DNA of 64,000 bases from Verrucomicrobiota bacterium (lineage in GTDB: Bacteria; Verrucomicrobiota; Verrucomicrobiia; Limisphaerales; SIBE01), in contig JAXMHN010000030.1 of assembly GCA_046346765.1 (NCBI GenBank), forward strand, positions 9,345-73,344, read 5' to 3'. The translations under genes and the position numbers were made by a program. Positions 1 through 10,885 of this stretch are shown here, piece by piece. Below the pieces are notes generated by a model that made no database searches, was not told where the DNA came from, and saw only the letters and a list, made by a program, of their open reading frames with translations. Numbering within the stretch: position 1 is the stretch's first letter; each line of letters opens with the position of its first letter.

Positions 1-114
1 CACTTCGGTCTGGGTCAGCTCGGCGCGTCTCCCGGAGACGCGTTGGATTTTGATCGCCAAACGACGCATCTCTGTTTTGAATCGTCCCAGGCTCCGTTGA
101 AACTCAAAACCAGT

Positions 115-3100
115 ATGATCCGTTTCTTCCGTCTCAGTGGCGTCTGCGGCGCAACTCTGATTTTCTCACTGCTCGGGAATGCGGCGGAGTTCCGTTTCCC
201 CAACCAAACCATCCGCGTGCCGGATGGTTTTGAGGTTCAAATGGTGGCTGGGCCGCCTTTGGTCGACCGGCCGATTACGGCTGATTTTGATGAAGCCGGG
301 CGCCTCTACGTAACCGATTCGTCCGGCACGAATGACAAAGTCGAGAAGCAACTGGCGGAGAAACCGCACCGCGTCCTGCGCCTGGAAGATATCGATGGCG
401 ACGGACGCTTCGACAAAACCCAGATCTTCGCCGACAAGATGATGTTCCCGGAAGGGTGCCTTTGGTATCGCGGATCGTTGTACGTTTCAGCGCCGCCGAG
501 TATCTGGAAGCTAACGGACACGGACGGGGACGGAGTGGCGGACAAGCGTGAAGAGTGGTTGCCGGCGCAGACGCTGACGGGATGTGCCAACGATTTGCAC
601 GGACCGCAACTCGGTCCGGACGGTTGGATCTACTGGTGCAAGGGCGCCTTTGCCAAGCAGACCTACGAACGACCTGGCCAGGCTCCGTTCGTGACCCGTG
701 CGGCTCACATCTTCCGGGCGAAACTGGACGGGTCCGGAATTGAATCGGTCATGACGGGCGGGATGGACAACCCGGTCTCGGTGGCGTTTACCACTGGGGG
801 CGAGCGCTTTCTGACGGGGACGTTTTTTGTCCACCCCGGCGGCGGTCAGCGAGACGGGATTATTCATGCCATCTACGGCGGGGTTTACGGCAAGGACCAC
901 GATGTCCTCAACGATCACAAACGCACCGGAGATCTGATGCCCATCATGACCCATCATGGGCCTTCCGCCAGCTGCTACCTCCTCCGCTACACCTCCGCCC
1001 GCTTCGGACCCGAATACCGAGACAATATCTTTGCCTGCCTCTTTAACCTCCGAAAAATCACCCGTCATGTCCTCGTCCCGAACGGGGCAACCTTCGACAC
1101 CAAGGACGAGGACTTTCTCACCTCGGACAATCCCGACTTCCATCCGACCGCTCTGGTGGAGGACGCAGACGGCAGCGTCCTGGTGATCGATACCGGCGGC
1201 TGGTACAAGATCTGTTGTCCAACGTCCCAGCTCTGGAAACCCGACGTCCTCGGTGCGATCTACCGTGTCCGCCGAACCAACAGTCAGCCGCTTCAGGATC
1301 CGCGTGGCGCTCGCCTCGCTTGGCAAGGGCTCAGCCCGCAAGCGCTCGCTGGCCTCTTAGGTGATCCTCGCCCAGCCGTTCGGACGCGAGCGATGGACCA
1401 TTTGGCTCAGCAGGGCGAACCGGCCGTGGCGGCAATCGCCGCGTGTCTGTCCTCTTCCGCCGACCCCGACGTTCGGCTGAATGCGGTCTGGACCTTGACC
1501 AGGATGGACGGCAGCCAAGCGCGGACTTCTGTCCGTGCCGCCCTTAAAGACGAGAGCCAACCCGTTCGTCAGGCGGCTCTTCATTCAATTAGTGTGCGGC
1601 GTGACCAGGCCGCTCTGGGGGAATTGATCCGCTTGGTCGAAGAGTCAAATCCCCCCGTTCAAAGAATCGCCGCCGAGGCTCTGGGCCGCCTTGGCGATGC
1701 CCAAGCGGTGCCTGCCCTTTTGCGTGCCTCCGGCCACAAAAACGATCGCATTTTGGAGCATTCGCTGACTTACGCCTTGATCGAGATCAGGGATGCGGCC
1801 GGGCTTCGCACGGCGCTGGCGCAAAAGGACCTACCCCCCCCGGCCCGTCGTGCGGGTTTGATTGCCTTGGATCAGATGGATGGCGGCGGCGTCCCCTTGG
1901 ACTGGATCACGCCCTTGATCACGTCCCCCGAGCCGACTCTGAAAGAAACGGCTTCCTGGATCTTAGGGTTGCATCCCGAGTGGGCTTCTCAATTGGCGGG
2001 CTTCTTTCGCGAGCGACTGAAGGAGCAAGCCTTGGCGGCAGTAGATCGGGCCGAGTTGGTTCGCCTTCTGAGCCGGTTCGCGCGAGACCGGGGGATTCAA
2101 CAGTTGCTTGGGCAGGTGGCGGGCGATTCGTCTTTGCCTGACGCATCCCGGGCTGCCGCCCTGCAGGCGATGACCCGTTCGAATTTGAAAGAAGCACCAG
2201 CCGAGTGGGGTGAGGTTCTGGCCAACCTGATCACGGACGCCAATGGGGCGTTGCCAGCCGCCGCCGTTTCCACGACCCGTGCGCTCGCCTGGGGCAAACA
2301 GCCACCCGCGCGGCTCAAAGAAACCCTGCGAACGGTGAGTGAGGACATCAATCGTCCTGCGGCAATGCGCTTGGAGGCGTTGGCCGCGCTCCCCGGCGGC
2401 CTGGAGCAGCCTGACGCCTCGGCGCTGAAATTTTTGGCTGAGAACGTCGATCCGGCAAAACCGGTGCTGATTCGCAGCACCGCCGCCGGAGTGCTGGCGA
2501 AGGCGCGCATGAATCCTGACCAGCTGCTCGGTTTAACTGCGGTGCTGAAGACAGCCGGTCCGCTTGAGCTGCCTCGGTTGCTAGGGGCTTTTGAACGAAG
2601 CACAGATGAGGCTGTCGGCACGCAGCTCCTCGCTGCTTTGAAGGAATCGCCTGGCCTGGCGGCGCTGCGCCTGGACCAACTGCGGCCTTTGCTGACGAAC
2701 TTTCCCGGAAACGTGCAGGCCGAGGGGGAACGGCTGCTGCCTTCCGTTTCGCCGATGGTGAGCAGCAAAAGGCGCACCTGGATCATCTGTTGGCCGAATT
2801 GCACGGTGGCGATGCGCCGCGGCCAAGTGGTTTTCAACAGTCGGAAAGGCCGCTTGCTCCACTTGCCACGCAATCGGCTACTTGGGCGGCAATGTCGGGA
2901 TCGGACCTAACCTGCATCGGTCAGGTGCGCACCGAGCGGGATCTGCTCGAATCAATTGCCTATCCGAGTGCCAGCTTTGTTCGGAGCTACGAAATCAGTC
3001 CTGGTCTCGACGAAGTCCGGGGATGACTACAGCGGCGTGGCCGCAAGCGACGCCCCCGAACAGCCTGTCCTGGCCACCGGCCCGGGAACCGAGGTTCGTA

Positions 3101-3225
3101 TTGATCGATCCGAGATCGAAATCCGGCCGAGCAGCGTTTCGCTTATGCCTGGAGGGCTGGAGGAGCAGTTGAGCCGCCAGGAATTGGCGGACCTGATCGC
3201 CTTTCTGAAGGCGACGCGGTGGTAG
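115..3225 (+). CDS. PVC-type heme-binding protein: beta-propeller dehydrogenase-like domain, HEAT repeats and C-terminal c-type heme domain; frameshifted after about 2760
   Basis: Signal-peptide-like N-terminus from ATG 115. Propeller motifs (VPDGFEV, LEDIDGDGRFD, GPDGWIY) and HEAT-like repeats. CSTCH heme motif at 2855-2869 lies in another frame, followed by GP.L, LLESIAYPSA and SLMPGGLEEQLSRQELADLIAFL* fragments. Confidence 0.85.
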
Positions 3226-3264
3226 CGCGCGGCTGGCGTCGGCCCGGCCTCAACCGGGGCTTGC

Positions 3265-4333
3265 TTACGCTTCATTCGATTGAAGGCGCGCTGGGCTACG
3301 CGGCGTTTCGCCGGCGCTGGATCCAAGAGTGCTTGGAGTGCGCCCATCCAGGTAAGCCAGTTCGCGCCGCAGTTTGATGAAGCGGTCGCAGCGCGTTCCT
3401 GAACGATCTTTCCGGTGGCGAGCGCGTCTCAATAGCGCACCGACTCTCCACGGTGTGGGTGCAATCGCGGAAGTGGCAGGAGACGGCGAGTTCTTCAAGG
3501 TCGGCAAACGCGTCGCGCATTCCTTCGTCAGCCATCCACATCTGAAACTCGCGCATGCCGGGCGTATCGATCACTAGTCCCCCGCCCGGTAGCATGATCA
3601 ACTCTCTCCAGGTAGTGGTGTGGCGTCCTTTAGCATCCTTCTCCCGCACTTCTAGGGTCGCTTGAATGTCCTCGCCGCAGAGATCATTGATCAGGCTTGA
3701 TTTGCCGACGCCGGAAGAGCCGATGAATACGACCGTTTCGCCCGGTTGGATGAGGGCGGCGAGATCCCCGAGCCCGTCAGTTGTCTTGGCGCTCACCACG
3801 ACCAAGGGCGCCTCCGCTGCCACCGCGCGGGCTTCGTCGACGCGCCCTGGAATATTGGCGCACAGATCAGCCTTGTTCAGGACGACCACCGGCTTGGCCC
3901 CACTCTCCAGGATCATGACCAGATGCCGCTGGAGCAAGGCCGGGTTGAACGTCAGATCCAGTGCCTGGACGGCAAAGGCCAGGTTGATATTCGTTGCGAG
4001 CACTTGCTCTTCCACTTCCCGCCCCGGCACCTTGCGGCTCAGCCTGGTCTTCCGCGGCAAAACGGCGTGGATCACCCCCTTCTGCTCGCGGGGCAACGGC
4101 GAGTAAAGCACCCAATCTCCGACTTTCGGCAGATCAGCCGTGTTCGGAGTCTGATGCAGTAGCTTGCCCGAGATCTGCGAAATCAGCTCCCCGCGAGGAG
4201 AAATGACCGTGTAGTAGTGCTTGTCTTCGACCGCCACTCGCCCGACCTCCTGTCCCGGAGGTGGTGGGCCCAGGGAATCCGTTTGCGTCGGGGTCCAGCC
4301 CAGTGCTTCAAGCGTTGGTCCGGGATCTGGCAT
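3265..4333 (-). CDS. rsgA: Ribosome small subunit-dependent GTPase A; 3' end frameshifted, end coordinate approximate
   Basis: Circularly permuted GTPase motifs NKAD, GSSGVGKS, GRHTTT and DTPG; zinc-finger CHFRDCTH...C; N-terminal VGDWV. Confidence 0.92.
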
Positions 4334-4412
4334 AGGCCATGGCGATGGAAGCGGTTGAACGTGCGCGGGAAGTGCTGGATACGGAGTCACTCGGTGTGAT
4401 CGGGAGGCATGG

Positions 4413-5987
4413 CTAGCTCCAGTGACGGTAGTCAATCTGCGGAAATGGATTATCCAGCCATTCGGTTTGCGCTAGCCAGGCTTCGTCAATCCGGGTGCTG
4501 GTCAGCTGCTCGTGCAGAGCGTGGAAGCGGATCAAATGCTCTTTCACTCTCTTCGTGGCATAGGCTGGGCTAGTGCCGGTGCGCAGGATAAAAGGCCAGT
4601 CGCTGGATTGAGCCAGCAGTATCTCGCGCGCTGCTTGATTCAGGGCGCGTTGGGTGAGGCCGGCGGCCGCAGGGAACCGACGCGCCAGCTCGATCATTCG
4701 TTCCTGGGCAATTTGGAGGTGGGGATAGATCCATTCGTTCTTCTCATTCAACCAGACTTTCCAATAGCCTTCCTCGCCCCAGCTGGAAGCGCTCGGTTTG
4801 GCAACCTGGTTGGTCGTGTGCTCATGGAGGTAACCATCCGGGGTGATAAACCGCAAGGCGGACGGGTTGGCGGCGGCCTTGCGCACGAACAGGTCGAGAA
4901 AATCCGGGCCCTCGGACCACCAATGGCCGAACAGTTCGGCGTCGTAAGCGGAGACGATAACGGGGGGGCGATCCATCACCGCGGAGAGGCGCTCGATCTG
5001 TTTGCCCCTCTCGCTCAAAAAATGCCCCGCATGCTGCTCCGCCCGCACCAGGGCCGCCGCAGGATCATATGGCTTCTTCTCTTCCCCGCGAGTCGAGATC
5101 GCGTAGTATTTGATCCCGGTAAAGCTTCGATGGGGCGGAGCGGGCAGATACGCCTGGAGGTAGTCGAAATCCAGGTCATGCCCGATATCTCGGTAAAAGT
5201 CGCGATAAACCGGATCTCCAGGGTAGCCTTCCTCCTTGCTCCACACTTGCCGCGCCGACTCCACATCTCGGCCGAATACGGCCAGCCCGTTCGGGGTGAA
5301 GAGCGGCGCAAACAGGCCGTAGCGCGGCAACGGTTGCGCGTGCAGCACCCCGTGCGCCTCGGTTATGAACCAGCGAATGTTCACTTCTTGCAGGACCGGC
5401 TCGACTTCTTCCGTGTAAGCGCATTCCGGAAGCCATATCCCGCGGGGATCGCGGCCAAAACAACTCCGGTAATGATCCCGCGCCGTCAAGATTTGGCCGC
5501 GAAGGCACGCTGGATGATTCTGAAGCAAGGGCAGCACAGCGTGGGTCGCAGCGCAGGTAATGATCTCCAGGAAGCCCTGCGCTTGCAGGGCGGCGAAACT
5601 GGCAATGAGGTTGCGATGACAGGCAAGATAGCGCTCGCGCATCCGGCGAAAACGTTCCAGATACCTTTCCGCCAGGCTTTGCAGCGCCGGCTCCCAATGC
5701 GTGCGGTAGGTTTCCTTCCCGGCCAACTCGATCAATCCGTCCAAATACCGCACGTAACGATCTTGCAGGAGCGGGTCGAGCAGCATCGAACAGAGCGTCG
5801 GAGTGAGCGTCAGGGTGAGCCGCACATCGAGTTGATCGTGGGCCCAGGCTTCGATTCGCTCGAGCAGCGGCAAGTAGGTTTCGGTGATGGCTTCGAAAAG
5901 CCAGCTCTCTTCCAGGAAACGGTCGTGGTCCGGATGTCGGACGTAAGGCAGATGGGCGTGAAGAACGAGAGCAAAATAGCCTTGCAT
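4413..5987 (-). CDS. GH57 family 1,4-alpha-glucan branching enzyme (with DUF1957)
   Basis: HAHLPY, GIWLPEC (nucleophile Glu), YDAELFGHWW (acid/base Asp) and QSSDW motifs. Confidence 0.92.
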   Translation of the reverse strand: MQGYFALVLHAHLPYVRHPDHDRFLEESWLFEAITETYLPLLERIEAWAHDQLDVRLTLTLTPTLCSMLLDPLLQDRYVRYLDGLIELAGKETYRTHWEPALQSLAERYLERFRRMRERYLACHRNLIASFAALQAQGFLEIITCAATHAVLPLLQNHPACLRGQILTARDHYRSCFGRDPRGIWLPECAYTEEVEPVLQEVNIRWFITEAHGVLHAQPLPRYGLFAPLFTPNGLAVFGRDVESARQVWSKEEGYPGDPVYRDFYRDIGHDLDFDYLQAYLPAPPHRSFTGIKYYAISTRGEEKKPYDPAAALVRAEQHAGHFLSERGKQIERLSAVMDRPPVIVSAYDAELFGHWWSEGPDFLDLFVRKAAANPSALRFITPDGYLHEHTTNQVAKPSASSWGEEGYWKVWLNEKNEWIYPHLQIAQERMIELARRFPAAAGLTQRALNQAAREILLAQSSDWPFILRTGTSPAYATKRVKEHLIRFHALHEQLTSTRIDEAWLAQTEWLDNPFPQIDYRHWS

Positions 5988-6026
5988 GCGAAGCCGGGAC
6001 GTCGATGGCCTGTGACAGGTCTACAC

Positions 6027-7544
6027 CTAGGAGATGTGATTGGGCTCCGGCGTTTGGAGGCGAACGTCCTGGGGGTGCACCTGAACATCCCCTTGATACT
6101 CCGTTCGCCTTCGAAATTCCAGTTTGGCCATGCGTTGCTCAGTCCGAGTGGCTGACTCTGCCGTGAATGTCAGGCTGAACTGCCCGTCCGGCAAGGCAAA
6201 CCTGTAACTGAACGTTCCATCCGGCCGGAGCCGAATTTCGCGGCCGCTGACTCGAACCTTCGCGTCGGGCTCGGTCGCCCCATAGAGCACCAGTTCTGCG
6301 TTCAGCGACATCCAGAACTTGCCGGCCGATGGCGCTTCCTCCGCCAAGCGGGCTGGGCTCGAGACGATCTCGCCTTGGTTGAAAGAGCTGATCGGCTGGC
6401 CGATTGGCAACCCTGGCCCGGCGCCCGCCGCGCCGGGCAGTCCAGCCGAGGATATGTCTTGCTGCAAATGGCGTCGGACCAACTCCGTGATCTCAACCGA
6501 TCCCATCCAGACGCGACGCGATTCATCCACCCGAACCACCGCGGCGAGGGCTTCCACCTGCGCCGGCGTCCAGGCGGGGGCGGACGACGGCATCGTCTCG
6601 GGCAATTGGGTCCAACCTTCGGTGCGCAGTTGCTGCAAGGTTTCGGTCAGCGGCACGTGGTCGCTGACCGCTTCCTGCACAACCTCGAACAACTTCTTCA
6701 AGGTGACATTTGGAGGAATGGTCGCGAATTCGACGGCCGTATTGGTGGAGATCGATTCCGCCGGCGTCAACGTCGAGCTGGAGGCAGCGATCGTGTGCCA
6801 TTGACTTCCATGACCGATGTAGCCGATTTCCGCCAGATAGCGCGTGCCCGCATGAGGCACATACAGGAACCAGCTTTTGGCCTCCGCGGTCAATTTCGCC
6901 TCCGCGACCGGCGTCGTTCCCAACTCCTTGACGTGGGCGCGCAGGACGAGGTGGCCGTCCTGCGAGCGCGCGCTGTAGACGGCTCGTTGCTGGGCGGTCA
7001 AATCCCACGCGGCATACAACCAGTGCGGATCACGCGCCGTCAGAAAAAGGCGTTCCGTCCCGTAGGCCTCCGGCAACTCCACCGGCAATTGAATTGGTCC
7101 CGCCGGCGTGCGCGGCGGCTCCGGGGCGAGCACGTAACGATCACCCGGACCACTGATGTCGGGGGCGGGAGGAACATCGCCTTCAAGCAGGATCGGCGGA
7201 AGAACAACTGGCTTGCGGGGCCGCGTCGGCTTGGCCGCGCGTGACGGCGGGATCGCAACGGGCGCTCGCTGCGGCAGGGCCGGCTTGGAGGCGGCCGTTT
7301 TGGCAGGAAGTGAAGCAGAAATGGCTGGCCGATCTGTTTGCCGCGTGACCGTGGGGGGGGGCTGGCTTGGAGCGGGTGGTTGTGCCTGGCCGGATGTCAT
7401 CGGCTTGGGCTGCGCGGAAACCACGGTCTTTTTTGCTGGGGAAAGGGGCTTGGTCTTGCTGGCCAAAGGACGGTCGGTCTTGGCGGGGGCGGAAGCAGGT
7501 CGTTTTGACTTCGCGGGATGGGAAGATTTCTTTCGAGATTTCAT
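6027..7544 (-). CDS. DUF4912 domain protein with a Pro/Ala/Lys-rich disordered N-terminus
   Basis: LPEAYG..L..RDPHWLYAAWD and C-terminal AELVLYGATEPDA...DGTFSYRF motifs; usual neighbour of GH57 branching enzymes. Start placed at MKSRKK (7544). Confidence 0.85.
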   Translation of the reverse strand: MKSRKKSSHPAKSKRPASAPAKTDRPLASKTKPLSPAKKTVVSAQPKPMTSGQAQPPAPSQPPPTVTRQTDRPAISASLPAKTAASKPALPQRAPVAIPPSRAAKPTRPRKPVVLPPILLEGDVPPAPDISGPGDRYVLAPEPPRTPAGPIQLPVELPEAYGTERLFLTARDPHWLYAAWDLTAQQRAVYSARSQDGHLVLRAHVKELGTTPVAEAKLTAEAKSWFLYVPHAGTRYLAEIGYIGHGSQWHTIAASSSTLTPAESISTNTAVEFATIPPNVTLKKLFEVVQEAVSDHVPLTETLQQLRTEGWTQLPETMPSSAPAWTPAQVEALAAVVRVDESRRVWMGSVEITELVRRHLQQDISSAGLPGAAGAGPGLPIGQPISSFNQGEIVSSPARLAEEAPSAGKFWMSLNAELVLYGATEPDAKVRVSGREIRLRPDGTFSYRFALPDGQFSLTFTAESATRTEQRMAKLEFRRRTEYQGDVQVHPQDVRLQTPEPNHIS

Positions 7545-7714
7545 GCTCGGAACGGATGACCATGCATTTGACCGGGGCGTCCCGGAGGGTTGGTGCAACT
7601 CAAACGCGCACACAACTATGTCCAACAAACCTCGTTCTGCAACGGAAATGTGTGAAGCGTTCACTTGGCTTCCTGATGCACTCTGGCTTTGGCTTTGACC
7701 AGGGGCTGATGCTG

Positions 7715-7814
7715 CTCGTCGCTGACTTGCGGCAGGCGCCTGGCTAAAACCGCCACTGGACAGCCAGCAAACAGCCAGGCGCCAGCCAGGAAGAAGCCAA
7801 AAGAGCGCCGCAAA
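7715..7814. repeat. Degenerate 11-bp-period array: six direct units (core AGCCA) preceded by 2-3 weaker inverted units
   Basis: GCCA/GCCG at 7752, 7763, 7774, 7785, 7796 and 7807 (exact 11-nt spacing); inverted cores TGGCT 7741, CGGCA 7730 and TCGCT 7719. Confidence 0.6.
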
Positions 7815-7979
7815 GCGCGAATCGATCATCGACTGCGGACGGAACTTCATGGACCGGAGGGGCCATGTGGCTCCGCCCAAGGAAGCAGGCGCTTTGACAT
7901 CCATCCGAGACCGCTGGCGGCCGAGCGACCAGCGAGGCAGGCGAATCACGCGGCTGGTTGTGCAGCAACCATTTCCAGT

Positions 7980-8008
7980 TTGCCAACGGCTGCCTCGCAA
8001 GGTATACA
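7980..8008 (+). promoter_or_regulatory. Putative sigma70-type promoter for the receiver-domain gene
   Basis: TTGCCA-17 nt-TATACA, about 45 nt upstream of ATG 8053; overlapped by a CCTCGCAAG direct repeat (7993 and 8010). Confidence 0.45.
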
Positions 8009-8052
8009 ACCTCGCAAGTTCAGTGTTGAAGCCAAGGCCGCAAAGTCACCTG

Positions 8053-8502
8053 ATGAGTACGGGAGAGCAGCAGTCTGAGCATCCACCACATGTGGAGCCA
8101 AAGTTGATCTATGTCGTGGACGATGAACCCATGATTGGGGACGTCGTCCAAATCATCCTGCGCATGGATGGCTATTGCCCTAAGTTCTTCCAAGACCCGG
8201 AATTGGCTCTCCAGGCTCTGATCGGCCAACCGGCCAAGCCGTCCCTCTTGCTAACTGACTTCCGCATGAGCCCGATCAACGGCATGGAGTTGATCGACCG
8301 GGCCAAAAATCACTTCCCAACCTTGCGCACCATCCTTTACAGCGGCAATGCGGGCGAAGACATCCTCGAACAATACCGCGTCCGCCCCGACGCGTTCCTG
8401 CGCAAGCCCTTCCTGCCCCGAACCCTCCTCAGCCTTGTTCGGTCCACCCTCAAAGGAAGTGGTCCAAGCGCCCTTGTCTTTCTCGGGGCTCTGGTCGCGT
8501 GA
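8053..8502 (+). CDS. Single-domain response regulator (CheY-like receiver)
   Basis: VVDDE, LLLTDFRMSPING (phospho-acceptor Asp), YSG and FLRKPF motifs. Confidence 0.88.
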   Translation: MSTGEQQSEHPPHVEPKLIYVVDDEPMIGDVVQIILRMDGYCPKFFQDPELALQALIGQPAKPSLLLTDFRMSPINGMELIDRAKNHFPTLRTILYSGNAGEDILEQYRVRPDAFLRKPFLPRTLLSLVRSTLKGSGPSALVFLGALVA

Positions 8503-8565
8503 AAACGGGTCAATTTTCTTTCTTTTGTCGCTCTGGGCGCCTGCCTATGGTCTAAACGGTTCCAC

Positions 8566-9975
8566 ATGAAAACTCCGGGCCTGTCTCTCGTCTCCCCACA
8601 AATAACCCCTCGTCTCGATGCGTCGTTCCGGCCTGCGGTCCTGGCAAACCAGGCATTCCGCCAGGCAGTGGCTGCTTGTGATCAGCCTGTCCCGCTCACC
8701 ATCGCTCTCGAGCAAGCCGACGGCTCTATCTTCCACTTCGCTACGAAGGTCTTGCCCAAGGTCGATCCCCGGTCAGGAGGGAACGTTCGCTACGCCGAGC
8801 GATTGGTGAAGTTTCTGCTCTGGTCGCGGGGTGGCTTTCGCGTTTATGTCGCCGGATCACCGTCCATCGCCACTGCGTTGCAGGAACATTTTGCCGACAC
8901 CAAGACGGGTCAGTTTGACGCGAACCTGATGGGCGACCGCGTTTACGAACGGCCGTTTCAGGTCGTCGCTGCCAACGAGAACGAGATTCCCGCCGAGCGC
9001 TCCAATACCATGCCGCTCGGACGCCAATGGGACGGATGCCGCATCGGTTTCGATCTGGGCGCGAGCGATCGGAAGGTTGCGGCGGTGCAGGATGGCAAGT
9101 GCGTTTTCAGCGAAGAATACGTCTGGAATCCGGTCCCCCAGTCCGACCCGCAATGGCATTTCGATCAGATCATGGATACGCTCCGAAAAGCGGCCGCGCA
9201 TCTGCCCCGGGTCGATGCCATTGGTGGGAGTGCCGCGGGCGTTTATGTGAACAACCGGGTCAAAGTCGCTTCGCTCTTTCGGGGCGTGCCGCCAGCCCAA
9301 TTCCACAGTCGCGTCAAGGACCTGTTCCTGGAGATGAGACAAGCGTGGGGAGGCATTCCCTTCGAGGTGGTCAACGATGGGGAAGTCACGGCCCTGGCCG
9401 GTTCAATGGCGATTGGCGAGAACGCAGTCCTCGGGATTGCCATGGGCTCGAGCCAGGCGGCCGGCTACGTCACGCCGGAAGGCAATATTACCTCGTGGCT
9501 CAACGAGCTCGCCTTCGCGCCGATCGATTACAGCGAGATGGCTCCGGTGGACGAATGGTCCGGCGATGCCGGCTGCGGCGCTCAATACTTCTCCCAACAG
9601 GCAGTTGGTCGCCTGCTCGAGATTGCCGGGGTGGCCGTCGAGCCAGGGATGGGCCTTCCCGATAAATTGAAACAAGTCCAGGCTCTGATGCAGGCCGGCG
9701 ATTACCGGGCCCTAAAAATCTATGAAACCCTCGGGACTTATCTCGGCTACGGTCTGGCTCATTATGCCGAGTTTTACGATTTCAAGAACGTCCTCATTCT
9801 CGGGCGAGTCATGACGGGCACGGGTGGTGACCTCATCCTCCAAGGTGCCAAGGACGTTCTTCGAAAGGAGTTTCCTGACCTGTCCGGCCGAATCAGCTTT
9901 CACACGCCCGATGAGAAAGAGAAGAGACATGGGCAAGCGATGGCTGCGGCCAGCTTGCCGCGGGCGGCCAAATGA
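8566..9975 (+). CDS. ROK family sugar kinase-like protein with an N-terminal extension
   Basis: GFDLGAS, VVNDGEVTAL, GIAMGSSQAAG and NELAF motifs. Confidence 0.82.
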   Translation: MKTPGLSLVSPQITPRLDASFRPAVLANQAFRQAVAACDQPVPLTIALEQADGSIFHFATKVLPKVDPRSGGNVRYAERLVKFLLWSRGGFRVYVAGSPSIATALQEHFADTKTGQFDANLMGDRVYERPFQVVAANENEIPAERSNTMPLGRQWDGCRIGFDLGASDRKVAAVQDGKCVFSEEYVWNPVPQSDPQWHFDQIMDTLRKAAAHLPRVDAIGGSAAGVYVNNRVKVASLFRGVPPAQFHSRVKDLFLEMRQAWGGIPFEVVNDGEVTALAGSMAIGENAVLGIAMGSSQAAGYVTPEGNITSWLNELAFAPIDYSEMAPVDEWSGDAGCGAQYFSQQAVGRLLEIAGVAVEPGMGLPDKLKQVQALMQAGDYRALKIYETLGTYLGYGLAHYAEFYDFKNVLILGRVMTGTGGDLILQGAKDVLRKEFPDLSGRISFHTPDEKEKRHGQAMAAASLPRAAK

Positions 9976-9994
9976 AGGGGGCTCACTTCCTAAC

Positions 9995-10852
9995 ATGAAC
10001 CCTTACCATCATCTCATCTCGGAATACGTCCGGTTGACTCAAAATGCCAAACAGGCGCCGCTTGGGACTTTCCAGATGCCGGCGAAGGCGCCTGTTCCAG
10101 CGGGCGCGCCAACAGTCCTGATCTTTTCTCCACATCCCGATGATGAAGTGATCATCGGGGGCCTTGCGCTGCGGTTGCTGCGCCAATCGCACTGGCGGGT
10201 GGTCAATGTCGCGGTGACTCAGGGCAGCAAGAAGGAGCGGCAGGCAGCCCGGTTCCAGGAGCTGAAAAATTGCTGCGATTACATCGGCTTTGGCCTGGTC
10301 CAGACAGCTCCCAATGGACTAGAAGGGGTCAATCCAAAGTCACGCGTCCAGACGCCAGCGGCTTGGGCCGACTCAGTTAAAGCGATCGCAGAGGCTCTCT
10401 CGCAGCACCGGCCGCGCGTCATCCTTTTTCCCCATGAGCTCGATTGGAACAGCACTCACATCGGGACCCATTTCTTGGTCATGGACGCACTCCGGACTTT
10501 GCCGCCTGAGTTCACCTGCTATACGGTGGAGACCGAGTTTTGGGGGCAAATGGCGACACCCAACCTCATGGTGGAATTGGGGCCGACGGACCTGGCCGAT
10601 CTGATCACGGCCCTCACGTTCCATGTCGGGGAAGTGCAGCGCAATCCGTATCACCTGTCCCTGCCCGCTTGGATGATGGACAATGTCCGCCGCGGCAGCG
10701 AGTTGGTTGGAGGACAGGGAGGGGCTGCCCCCGACTATCTCTTTGCCACACTCTACCGACTGCGCCGCTGGCAAAACGGCAGGATCTCCGACATCTATGC
10801 GGGCGGCAGGCAAGTCACGTCTGGTCAGGATCCAGCCGTTCTCTTTCCGTGA
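9995..10852 (+). CDS. PIG-L/LmbE family deacetylase
   Basis: SPHPDDEVIIGG metal-binding motif and R..E helix; immediately follows the ROK gene. Confidence 0.88.
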   Translation: MNPYHHLISEYVRLTQNAKQAPLGTFQMPAKAPVPAGAPTVLIFSPHPDDEVIIGGLALRLLRQSHWRVVNVAVTQGSKKERQAARFQELKNCCDYIGFGLVQTAPNGLEGVNPKSRVQTPAAWADSVKAIAEALSQHRPRVILFPHELDWNSTHIGTHFLVMDALRTLPPEFTCYTVETEFWGQMATPNLMVELGPTDLADLITALTFHVGEVQRNPYHLSLPAWMMDNVRRGSELVGGQGGAAPDYLFATLYRLRRWQNGRISDIYAGGRQVTSGQDPAVLFP

Positions 10853-10885
10853 ACGGTCGCCTGCTGCGGGCAGACTCTTCGTGCC

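Noticed and set aside
4512..6155. Long antisense ORFs (also 19222-20247, 54609-56057, 51976-52923 and others)
   Set aside because: These are shadow frames of well-supported genes in GC-rich DNA and contain no recognisable motifs.
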